64,000 nt of DNA. It comes from Auanema rhodensis (lineage: Eukaryota > Animalia > Nematoda). Below the pieces are notes generated by a model that made no database searches, had not been told where the DNA came from, and saw only the letters and a program-made list of their open reading frames with translations. The position numbers and the translations under genes are program-made. Position 1 is the stretch's first letter, and the number at the start of each line of letters is the position of its first letter. The stretch covers positions 8,246,001 to 8,310,000 of the forward strand of contig OZ059898.1 in NCBI GenBank assembly GCA_964057225.1, in the 5' to 3' direction. Shown piece by piece: positions 1-11,700 of the stretch.

Positions 1-39
1 GACGTCATCGAAGTCCACCAGATTACCTCAGAGGTTTGA
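1..39 (+). CDS. Possible 3' end of an upstream gene (...DVIEVHQITSEV*), ending in a class I PDZ-binding-like motif
   Basis: Open frame 1-36 ends in TGA (37-39) and AATAAA follows at ~85. Only 12 codons are visible. Confidence 0.25.
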   Translation, partial: DVIEVHQITSEV

Positions 40-154
40 AAAAAAAGGAAAGTATGTAGAAATTTGATTGTATATATATAAATGAATAAAAACAATTTGA
101 TTAACAACGTTGCACGTGTACAAACAACTAAGAAAAACGGGAGGAATAAGAGAG

Positions 155-2954
155 TTAACGGCGCATCTGGAAATAACTTTTTTGTTTAATATATTAAGAT
201 AACACATACAAAAGGTGATGGTAATGTATAGCTTGGCCTACTTTCTAGTAATGTCATTGGTGCGTTTATCTGAAACGATGAAATGAGAAAATATAATTTA
301 TAAATAATGGTATCATCCTCACCCTAGTAGCATCTTCATTTTCACTTGTACAGTCACGATTTCTTCTCTAAACCATTTCATATTTATATAAGTTTCATGA
401 ATTTTAAATTAATACCTGCTCGTCAAATCTTTTCAGTTTCTTTGATTCTGGCGGAGTTGCAAGCAAAGGTTTTCTTTTAGACACTTCGACACAAACACGG
501 GATGGAGACATAGCTTCTTCTTTTGCTACTTTGCTACTTCCGGAATCAGAAATGTCCTGAAGCAACAAAATAACACTGAAACATTCTATAAAACTTACCA
601 TGTTAATTTCATCTTTGATACTGGAACTCAGCGATCCAGTAGTAGACCTGGCTTCAACTTGATATGACGACGTATCCATCTTAAAGAAAAATTTTAGCGT
701 TAAAAAGGAAGAGTGAAACTACTTCCTGTTTCAGTGAGTTGAGGGAACATTGCGAATCTAAGCGAGATCTTGCCGATTTCTCCTTCAAGAAAATGAAATA
801 ATAACAAAATCAAGGAAGAACTCACAGGAGATTTATGCTTCTTCTTTTTTTTCTCGCTATTAAAGGAAGAAGCTTCCTTACTCGTTTTACTTCTATGTTC
901 TGTCTCGGACGACTCGCTTACAGAATTATTGAATACCCGTCTTTCCTTGGAATAGCTGCTCTTGCTATTGTTGCTAGCAACTTCCTCGATTGAGGTTTCA
1001 GTTTCTGTATTCACATGAGTACGCTTCTAAAACCACGTAAACATATTAAAATATCATTTTTTTGAAAATTACTACCCCTTGAGACTTTGTTTTCTTTGGA
1101 GTAGAATTACCCTAATTAAATTGTGATTTGTAAAATTTAAATAAAATGAAAAAACAAACCATTGGAGAATCATCTTCCGAGGAAGATGAAGAAGATCGGG
1201 GTCGAAGAGGAGGTGGCGGATTTGACTAAATACTAGCTTAAGAAAAGGAAAATATGCAAACTTTACCTGATATCTACGATCAACAGTGTCTCTCACAATT
1301 GTTCCCATATAATTTATTTTTTCCTTTTCCGTCTACAATACAAAAAATAAGAAAAAGTATTTTAATTTTGAAAACTTTAGAGAAAGCAGGTATTGGGCAA
1401 GGGAATGCTTTCTTTATTACTTTCTCTAGCTTAGAGTTATGAGATCTTTTCTCGTACTCAAACTTATACCTGGAAATATTTTGAAAAAATTAGAAAATTG
1501 TAACATTTAACTAACTTGATAACCGCGTTTTTAATTCCTTTAACGCCATCACGCAGATCATGAACATCCTTCAAAGTAAATGTAATTTTCATAACTTTTA
1601 GATATAAACCTTTAAGTGAGCGTTTGCTCTAAACGCATCTTTGAATAACTCAACGCAATTTGACATAGGGCACGCAATAACATCATTGAAATGAGAACTT
1701 AGCACATGATACCGCCTTAAAAAAAATAACCAAAAAAAATTGAATAGTTGGCAGTGATGAACCTGCTACTAGACGATTTATACATTTTCCCACAATTGGG
1801 AATTTGACATTGGAAATCACTGTAAGGCCACATTGGGAAACACTCTTTCATCTGTAACAATCGTAAAGTAAATACTATCATTAGAAAATAGCACCTTATG
1901 CTCAAGAAGATCTATATAATCATCTTCTTCATGATCAATAGGCATATGATAAAGAGAAACATGGTTTTTTCGAACTTCTAAAGTAACACTTAAAATTAAG
2001 AAGGATTTCTATATATATATAACCATAGTGAGAATTTATCATTTTTTTACAAACATAACATTTCAAGTCAACTATTTCAGTTTCTAGTGCTCGATCTATT
2101 TGAGCAGCAATTGGTTCAGTTTCAGTATCCTAAAAAAATTGTTCGCATTAAACAAACGGTAATACATGCCTGTATAGGTCTCCACTCTACTGAATCCATA
2201 GTGGTTTCTGAAGTACCTTCAGACCTGCGCCTGACACTCTCAGATCGTCTCTTTTTTTTTGGGGATTTAGCTTTGATTGTCGTATCAATTTCAGGATCAG
2301 CAGGAGTAGGAGAGAGTCTTAATATAACAAAACTTAAGGCTCATTCGCAAGAATGTTTAATACCTTTGGGTATGTCTACTACTTACGGCAGGGCTTGTTG
2401 GGACATTTTTATTTTTACTTGATCGTTTTACATGAGGAGATGCATTTTCAACAGATTTCTCACTAAATATGGAGAACTATATAAAGGATCTTCTTATAAT
2501 TTCTAACAATGATAATCCAGCTTTCGATCTTTCCCGAATAACAAAATCTAAATCATATAAAGACAGCAGTTCGGTGTCTTTCAATAGTTGTCTAATAAGC
2601 ATCTCATTATACTGATTGACTTTCATCTAAATACGATAGCTAAATTATATTTTGTACATTTTTACCACCTCAAACATGTGAATATGCGAATGTTCTTTGC
2701 AATGGCTTTCTCTTTCTTCTTCAGTGTAGAAGCCAGTCGTACAAGAGCCACATGCATATCTCCTTCAAAGACATAATTATGTTAAAACTAAACATTTTCA
2801 GAAACCTGTAGCCTAAATGTCTTAGAATATGCAGTTGAAGAGCATCTTTGCCGGAGAACTCCTTAGCGCATATGATACAATTGAAAATGTTACTGGATCT
2901 AGTTTTACATGATTATAGGATATCCTCTATAAAACAGACTTACCCCTCCGACAT
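155..2954 (-). CDS. Multi-exon C2H2 zinc-finger protein (5 fingers) with a Ser/Lys/Glu-rich C-terminus
   Basis: Manual splicing from ATG 2954 gives fingers CIICAKEFSGKDALQLHILRH, CGSCTTGFYTEEERESHCKEHSH, CYVCKKMINSHYEVRKNHVSLYH, CQIPNCGKMYKSSSSRRYHVLSSH and CPMSNCVELFKDAFRANAHLKDVH. Last exons read INAPMTLLESRPSYTLPSPF-MRR*. ORFs 404-679 and 700-1014 overlap the low-complexity exons, which I did not phase-check one by one. Confidence 0.85.
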
Positions 2955-3044
2955 TATAAAAAGCAATGTTAATATTGCACTTATTCACATATATGCTTTC
3001 TCAACATGAAGCTAAAATCATGAGCATGTTCAGAAAATAATGTT

Positions 3045-3281
3045 TTTGAAATTTTGAAATTAAGAATTTATGACCTGCGTACTATATTTTAGTTTGAACG
3101 CTCACGCAACTATATTTTGGCGGGAATTAATAAATTTGGATTTCGCGCTGCATAAAATGTTTTTAGTGTATAAGATTTTTGAATATTCTAATTTTATTAT
3201 AAAAATCGCCTTAATAGTCTTCTATTCACTTTTGTGTAACAAAAATTTGCTCCTTCAAATGTTTTTGAGCATTTTTTCAAA
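3045..3281. promoter_or_regulatory. Bidirectional promoter with E2F/CDE and CHR motifs
   Basis: The ~400 bp between divergent ATGs (2954 and 3353) contains TTTTGGCGGGAA at 3115-3126, TTTCGCGC at 3141-3148, and TTTGAA/TTCAAA at 3045, 3053, 3093, 3178, 3254 and 3276. Confidence 0.6.
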
Positions 3282-3352
3282 GTAAAAAAGAGCCGTTAAC
3301 ACTATTCATCGACATTTATTTAACTTGTTAAAGGTTCTATACTTATAGCATT

Positions 3353-5523
3353 ATGGATGACGTTTGTTTGCCATCAGGTAAAAGGCTAAAAGATCTTAAA
3401 GTGGTTACATTACAAAAAGAGCTAGGTAAGCGCCGGCTCTCTAAAGTTGGAAAGAAAGCTGAGCTCATTGAAAGATTGGCTGAAGTGATAATACCAGTTT
3501 CATTCTTCTTTTAATTTTTTCTAATATAGAGTCTACTCAGCGAACAAGGCAATAATGTAACTGATAACGTTGATGATACCACTTCCATAGGTAGAAAAAA
3601 GATACACCATTTGCTATCATTATATTTCTTCAGTTGAGGTTTCTCCCAGTGAAGATACCAGACGCACATCATCTTCTAGAATAAAAGCAGGACGCCGCGT
3701 ATCTAAGTTGAACCAGCAAGTAACAGAGGACGTTGAAGAAGATTCTATGGAGATCACTCCTAAATCCGTGAAATCTGCAAGTTCCAAATCTAAAACTCCA
3801 GCTCAATACATGAATGTTACCCCTATTGTTAAACGGAGAACGCCGAATCAGACTTCATGTTTAAGTTCTTCTGAGAAGTCTATCACACATAGCGTTTTCA
3901 AAAAGAGGGGCAGTATTTCTACTCCGAAATCTGCGCAATCTATAAAATCTATAGATGGTTCAGAGAAGGATAAAAAATCTCCATTATTGAAATCTGCCGA
4001 CCGAAATGTTGGCAGAAACAGTATGAATAAACTTGCTGATACTATTGCGGAGTTTCTCTCTGACGATGGTAAATTGTTTTTTTTTGTTCTATTCTTATCT
4101 GACCATTGAATTTTAGAAGATTTTGTGGCTGCTAAGAAACAAGATTGTATGGATATAGACAAAATTGCAGAGGCGTGAGTACTTTTAGAGGGTACGGATA
4201 TCCTACAATATTTTTGTTTTAGAAATGGAAAAACTCCTGTAACTTCAGCAAAGCGCCTCGGATTATTAAATAGTAAAAACAATTTAGCAGCTAAAACTTC
4301 CGGGAAGGTCTCATATTTGAGTTGATTTTGGGTTAATGCCATATTTTAGCTTTTGTTGGGACCTCTTGTAGATGCTTCACCAGCTCTAGCTGGAAATTCT
4401 AATAAAAAAATAAGTATTAATAAGTAATTTTTTTCTGACATGCCTATTTTTTAAAATAAAATTTATAGAACACCTATACGCCGTCTGAGCAAGAAGCTTG
4501 ATATCACTAATAACTCTGTGGCAGCTTCTCCTGGTCGTAGAATAAGCAAAAAATTGGATACCAGTGTAAGCTCGCTAGGAGTATCTCCAGCCTCCAAGTC
4601 AATAAAGAAAAAAGGTACAAAAAAGTTTGAAATATATCATATATTACTTATTTTTAAAGAAGGATCATCATCATCAAGATTCTTAATGCAACATACAAAG
4701 GAATTTGCTAAAATGGAATCTATTTCTGAGCATCAAGACAAATTAAAAGCTCGACACCAGTTATTAACAGCGAAAGTTCCGGACGTTGTTAAGGTATATT
4801 GTTCTGACCAATTTACGATACAAAGTACTGTTCAGAGATTGGCTACCCCAAAATCAGTTAAGGTATCTCGTAGTAAGGTGGTTCGAAAGGGTACTCAGTC
4901 CGAAACGTAAGTAGTTTGTGACTTAATTGTAGTATATAGTTGACCGCAGGAAACTATTCAATTTGGATCCTCTGAAGAAGATCGATATGAATTCGTTCAA
5001 ATTCGGCAGTGTTGCTCCTGATCAAATTTCTACTGTTCAAAAGGTTAGTTTGATATTTCTATAATCTTATCATGTATCTTCTAGGAATATGTTAAATCTG
5101 CCCAAATGCCCGTTAAAAATATAAAGAAAAACGAAATGAAGGCTGATGTAAAACAATTGACTAAAACTATGAAACTTACTATTCCTGTCCAAAACAGCCG
5201 TATTGATCTTCTGAGCACACCTAAGCATAAAGAAATTGAAACTAGTGTGTGGTTTTTTGTCTTTATAATTAGAGTGATTTATTTAAGAAAGTTTCCGTCG
5301 AGGCTACACTCCTCATAAAGGTGCAGTTAAATTTATGGATACTTCTAAGCTAACTGATGAGGAATTTGCGATTGCTGTAAAATCTGGTATAATTCCTAAA
5401 GGATCAAGGTTTCTTAATTATTCCGAATAATTATATTCTTGTTGATTTAGACAAGTTGCGGAGTATAATAGGAACATCAGAAAAGACCAAATTTTGGATA
5501 TCAGGCGTAAACTCAAACTTTAA
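3353..5523 (+). CDS. SAP-domain, nucleolar and spindle-associated protein (NuSAP/NUSAP1/Mink)-like
   Basis: N-terminal SAP motif LKDLKVVTLQKELGKRRLSKVGKKAELIERL, then a basic region rich in S/T-P sites. HTKEFAKMESISEHQDKLKARH resembles the NuSAP H..F.EMESI block, GYTPHKGAVK resembles NuSAP YEPHKGKLK, and the protein ends RKDQILDIRRKLKL*. Confidence 0.75.
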
Positions 5524-5718
5524 TTCGTATTATTGTATACTAATGTAGTAAATGATTGACTATTGCGGTTCTTTTTTCATGCTAATGATATATTGTGAGC
5601 ACTTAATAAAGGTCAACACAAAATATGGGTCAGCGTTTCTTATAAGTAGAACGGTTCAAGCAACATAGCTGATGTGCTTATAATTAGTTATATGCACATT
5701 TTCCAGTAGAATTCTAAA

Positions 5719-8700
5719 ATGGCTTATATCCCAGGAAAAGGCTGGGATTTTCCAGTTAATTCTGGAGTAAATTACTTATCAGATAAAGTAAGTTTACAAA
5801 GTCTTAAGTTTATGTACTTAACCTTGGCATAGGTTATAGTTACTGCAAGTCTATTTGGTTGTTCATTAGCAGCTGCTGCTGCATATTTTTATTTTACTAG
5901 TTCCAGTATAAAAATAGGTAAATAATTTTCTACATAGCTCCGTTAATGAAACTTGTTATTTTTATGTTGTTTTTTTCAGGTTCTCGAAAGTTGTGCATCC
6001 CTGGGTTACACAATTTGGGGCATACTTGTTATGCTAATTCACTTCTTCAAGGCTTGGCCAGGTAATAAACGTTTTGTTGTAATCATTTACTAAATCCTAA
6101 TTGAATTTGTAATGATAAACAATCTTTGCCTCGTATAATATTTCTATTTGCTCATACTTCAGCTTACCATCTGTTCTTAAATGGCTCGATGAAATAGAAA
6201 CAAAACAAATTGGTTTGAAAGAAGGATTTCTCGATGAGCTTAAAAGTATTTTAAAACGTCAGTGAATCAAAATAATAATCGTGATTTAAAAAAAAAATTA
6301 CAGAATTAAATACTCCTTCGGATGTAACACTGAGTGCTGCTGGTCTTAGTGCTGCGTTGTCGAAACACAAATGGAATATATCTTTTGGTTAGTTCAATGC
6401 TTTATTGTTAATTATGGTTTCCATTCATTACTTTCTTCTTCATACCAATTGTTGCAATCTCTACTAGATGGACATATGACCATTTTATACACTATTCACT
6501 ATATCAAAAGTTTGAATCGACTAGATTTTTCAGGTGTTGAGCATGATTTATATGAGTTATTTAATGTGTTTGTATCCACGTGGGAAGATGAGTTAAATTT
6601 ATTGAAAAAACGATTGATTGACGTCTCGTTACTAGATCTTAATGAAGTAAATTTTCAGTTTTTGAAATATTTTATTAAATATTTTTCAGTTAACTTCCCC
6701 TGATCATCAGGTTCTAACACCTAATTCCAGACGAAAAATGATGTTTAAACGGTAATTATTTTTTAAACTTTTTTTCTTGTACTACATATACCTTCATTTT
6801 TTTAACTAAAAAATAACTAAATCAATTAATTATTTATTATTTATCACTTCCTCATCACTTCCAATCATAATTTGAATTTAAACGCTTACAGATGCGCTGA
6901 TGTTGTACGATCGGATGCGAAAATTCGTGCCCCTACTTTTGGCTTAACTGCTACTGAATTACGTTGTAATGATCCCACATGCCGATTTAAGGTTTCTAAT
7001 TAAGCTGTGCTTGTTACTATTTTTCTGATTGTAGAAAGTACGATACGATGCAATTGGAGGAATATCTGTTTCAATTCCAAGAGACAGTACAGGAACGGTA
7101 CTTAAATACTTTTGTTTTATAAGTATTTTGTCACACTTTTAGTCAACTACTCTCGAGTATTTGTTGAAAAAATATTTTTTGGCGGAGATTATTAGAGGTG
7201 CTACATGTGATCGATGTAAAGAAACAAGTGGCAAAGTCGACAGTGGATTGTACAAGAAGCAAGGTTTTAGTAAGGTGCGTTGTTTCCTATATAAAATCAA
7301 ATTTTGAACTATTACTTGATTATTCAAATGCTGTTAGAGATTGGCCTCTTCATTTACTACGACTAGCCCTTAAGCCTTAATGTGTGAAGTTGATTACAAA
7401 GTATCTCACCTCAAGTGCTAGAGAAATTCTATCAGCATATCTAAAGGTTTCTCAGTAGACAAGGGTATTTTGTTTTGTTTAATTCAGGCAAGTTCTAAGT
7501 GATCACTTGGATATAATGCTGTAACTATAAGAATATATCGTTTACAAATTCAAGTTTTTTCGTGATCTGTACAGGAATTGAAAAAGAGAAGGATCACAAT
7601 ATGAACTTGTGCTAACGAAATATGTCGAGTTGAAAAATCCTGCTTCTCAATTGCAAAGTATGACAGTGATGAGAATTATAGCTCTCCATGGGGTGATTTT
7701 AGGTGAACGATTGAAAAAATAAAGTTTTTTTTAAAACAAATCGTTTATTTTATAAAGTGAGCATTCACATAATGATATGAAACTTTATGTACATATAGAG
7801 AGACATTTGCCTCAGTTCTGTCGTGGTTCGCTAGTATCCTTTTTTTACTTACGGCGGCAACATTGACCATTTCCGCAGGGAGAATAATTTTGCTGGCATT
7901 GACATCCCTAAGATATTACTGTATATTGCTCTGCAACTTCACTTGTTTACCTGTGAAGATGATGGTTGGCAAGCCATTGTAGCTGGTTGAGCACTAGCGC
8001 AAGAGTTGGTACAGCTCACTTGGCAAGCGGGTTCACATTTGGCTGCTGGCTGTTGTTGTTGGACACATTGCTGCTGACAGGTTTGCTGACAAAGTGGTTG
8101 GCATTGGCTGGATTGAGCAATGGCTGGTTGAAGTGCGATCTGAAATATTTCTAACATACTGATACTGTGTTGGCAAATAGTTACCTGAATGGTTGGTGTT
8201 GGTTGTTGTTGTTGTTGTTGTGGCTGTTGTTGTGGCTGTTGAGCTGGGGCAGCACAAGCGGTTTGGCATTGATTGCATTGTTGAGGAGATTGGGAAGGAG
8301 CACAAGCATCTTGGCATTGTTGGACACATTGGTTTGACTGATCTCTTTGTACTGGATAGTTCTGAGCGATGCAACTTGGCTCGCAAGCAGGTTGGCATGA
8401 TGGTTGGCACTGATTTTGTTGGGGTGCGCTTGGAGCACAGTTCTGGGCACACTGATCAGCACAAACAGGCTGGCATTGAGCTACAGGTTGATTTTGTTGA
8501 GCACAAGCATTATTGCATTGTTGTTGGCATTGTGGCATACATTGGGAATCTTGCTGAGCAACAGTGATCTGAAACTCCCGTTAAATCATGGCTACTATTT
8601 ATATATATTTACCTGGAAAGTAACAGTTTGGGTTTGTGGTTGTTGCTGTTGCTGTTGGACGCATTGAGAATCACAAGCTGGTTGGCAAGCGGGTTGACAT

Positions 8701-11700
8701 TGCACTGGAGCTGGGGTGGCGACTGGAGCAGCTTGGCAAATGCTTTGACATTGTTGCTGGCATTGTGGTTGACATTGGGCAGCGGGTTGATTCTGCTGAA
8801 CACAAGTTTGTTGGCACTGGTCTTGGCATTGGGGCTGGCATTGGATTTGTGGTTGCTGAACTGGCATGATTGGTTGCTGTTGGGGCTGGTCACAGATATT
8901 CTGGCACTGTTGCTGGCACTGAGGCTGACATTGTGCTGCTGGCTGGTTTTGTTGAACGCATGATTGTTGGCATTGCTGCTGGCAGGCTGGTTGGCATTGT
9001 GGCTGAGCTTGTGGTACTGGCTGAGCTTGTTGAACTGGCTGAGCTTGTTGAACTGGTACGCAGGAAGCTTGGCAGTTTTGTTGGCAGTCCTGTTGACAAT
9101 TATTAGCGGAGGCAGGGGTACACTGCTGAGAGCAGGCTTGCTGGCATGCTGGTTGACATTGAGTGGCTTGAATCTAAATGATAACTATATTATAAATCAA
9201 TTATGTGTTATGTACCTCTAAGGTCACAATTTGTGGTTGTTGAGCTTGTGGAGCGCAAGCGCACATTGGAGCGGCTGTGGTAGTAGTGGTGTACACTGGT
9301 GCTTGTTGCTGGCAAGAGCAAGACATTTGCTGTTGGCTCACAGCAGGAGCACATGAGCATGAAGCTTGGACCGGAGGAGCACATGAGCATTGTCTCTTTT
9401 CGCGAAGAGCACTTCCCTATAAAAATGAAAAAATACTTATAAGAAAAAATGGAATATATTACTCACCGAAGCGAGTAAGAAACTGCAAGCGAGGATGAAT
9501 GCCGTGTAGCTTAATTGCATATTGCTTAGATGAACCGAAGTGAAGAAGGATGTTGGTTAGCCTTTAAGATGTTCCTTTTATACGCAAGCTAAAGAGAGGC
9601 GTGGTAGATGGTAGCTTCTCTCCGGCTCGACAACCGGCGCGTGTTCCCACCTAAAACCAGTTCCGACGTATTCCGGACGACCGTTGAGCAATAGAAACCA
9701 CTCAGGTTTTTATGTCCTGGAGCTATTGAGAGATCAACATGGCAAATGTTTGAAAATAAGATGAGAGTTAATAAGTAATAAATTCTGTTTCGGTGTATAT
9801 TTCTATTGTTTTTACGACAAAATACCGTTACTTTGAATTATCCATTCCTTTCTTCACTTATTCTATAGTCTGCCTTAAAATTAAAACGCCTTAAAACGTC
9901 TTAAAATTCTGATTTATCGAATCTCATAGTTGAAGATACTTTTAAAACCTGCTCAAGTTAAACAAAACAAAATACTAATATCGCTAACTGAAAAAATCAC
10001 AGAGATGCTGACACAACTTCTCCAGATCATCCTCTTGCCCCGTACGCATATTCCGAAATACTGAATTACTTGTAGGAAAACAGCATCGTTGAAAACACAA
10101 AAACACGAATATAACATATATTTCTTTTTGTTTGTATCAAAATGTCAGCTTTTAAACAGTACACAGTACAACATCCTTTTTAACAGCACAGTTAAGTTTA
10201 GAACGCACTTCTGATATTCATATAAAATAAGCGTACTTTCTAATAATACAATACAGTAACAACAGCCCTTTAATCATTTTAACCTTTAATTTTTTATCTA
10301 TACGTTGAGAAGATTGGAACAGATCATATCTTTCCAGAGAAATGTTCTTATTAAATAGCTCAAGTGGGTCGCAAATGATTTCAATAATTAAAAGTTGTAT
10401 TGAAGTTAAAATCTTTTCATGTTTCTGAAAATGTGTTTCAAACTGTAATTTTATATATAAAAATTAAAATTTTATTTTATTTTATTTTATTTTAGCTACC
10501 ACAATGCTTGCTTATTCGTATTGAAAGAGTTGGTGTATTACCTTCCGGCCACACTATTAAAGTTAGTGATCATGTTGGTTTTGGAGAAACATTAGATGTC
10601 AGACATTTGATTTTTAATAAAAACAATCAGGTAAAATTTGAATTTTGTTTATCTTCCTTGGATACAAGGAAATAACGCTTCAGAGCTCCTTCTGTTGTCT
10701 TTGAAGCATGTTGGGGTAGGAGGGGGGGGGGGTTTGCTGTTATGCTCTTCGTATAAACTTTCTACTTGAAATGTTGTTATGACAACTACTGTTGTGATTC
10801 AATTGAGGAACAAGATCTTAGAGTGCTATTTGTCATCTGTTTCTATTCATTTTAATCGAGTACCGTTGTCCATCTCACTATGTAAATACTTTTACAATTT
10901 CACGTAATAGCGTACAAATTTCTTAGTAGCCATACGCATACAAAAACTAAAATTTCAAGACTTTTAACATAATTGATTTCAGAATGAGTACAGTCGTATG
11001 GCTTCTTATCGAAGCTCTTGCTGTGAACCAAGGACACCCGAATCAACTTCCAGAATAGTAGGAGGTCGTGAATTTAACGATGTTTCGCGTGGTAGAATAG
11101 ACCCTGGCTTGATGACTCAATACGGCACAATAGAGTTGGTATTTACTTTATTTAGTAATATTCTGATTTTCTTATTCTTCACCATTTACTTATTAGTCAC
11201 CAAGCTTTGCTAGAAGAGCTCAAATTATGTTTTCATTATCTCATATTACGAATCCGGTACAGCACTTCCAGTGTCGGTATTGTTAATAATCGTCGGAATG
11301 ATTCCTCTGATTGGCTTGGAGAAGCAAAATCATCTTAGCCCGATTATTTGCTATTGATACACAACGTGTTGCTGAGTGACTAGTATCTCTGTCAAGCTCT
11401 CGTATTAGTCTTGCGCACACGCAACTTTTGTGTTGACTCATAAGCGAACTCGCGCGACCGTGTTTCCTGTTTTTTCTCCTTGGTATACATTTCACACTTT
11501 GTTCGAAACATGTTTAACGATACATTTGGCACAATTTCAACTGTTTAAGAATGTTTTCTAGTCGAGATTTATTCAATTGTCGAAAATTCTCATTTATGTT
11601 TACTGTCGTTTTTGCCAGTAGGAGTTCTTTGAATTTTTGAAACATAATCAACTAAGCGAAATCTTTTCTAAACGCACAGTGAAGATTTAATGGATGGGTT

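Noticed and set aside
3848-4342. 164-aa minus-strand ORF
   Set aside because: Antisense to NuSAP-like exons, runs through their introns and has no recognisable motif.
7966-9498. Many overlapping ORFs on both strands (for example 8033-8452, 8193-8567, 8628-8963, 8964-9221)
   Set aside because: Shadow frames of the CAA/CAG/TGC-rich nested gene; repetitive codons keep other frames open.
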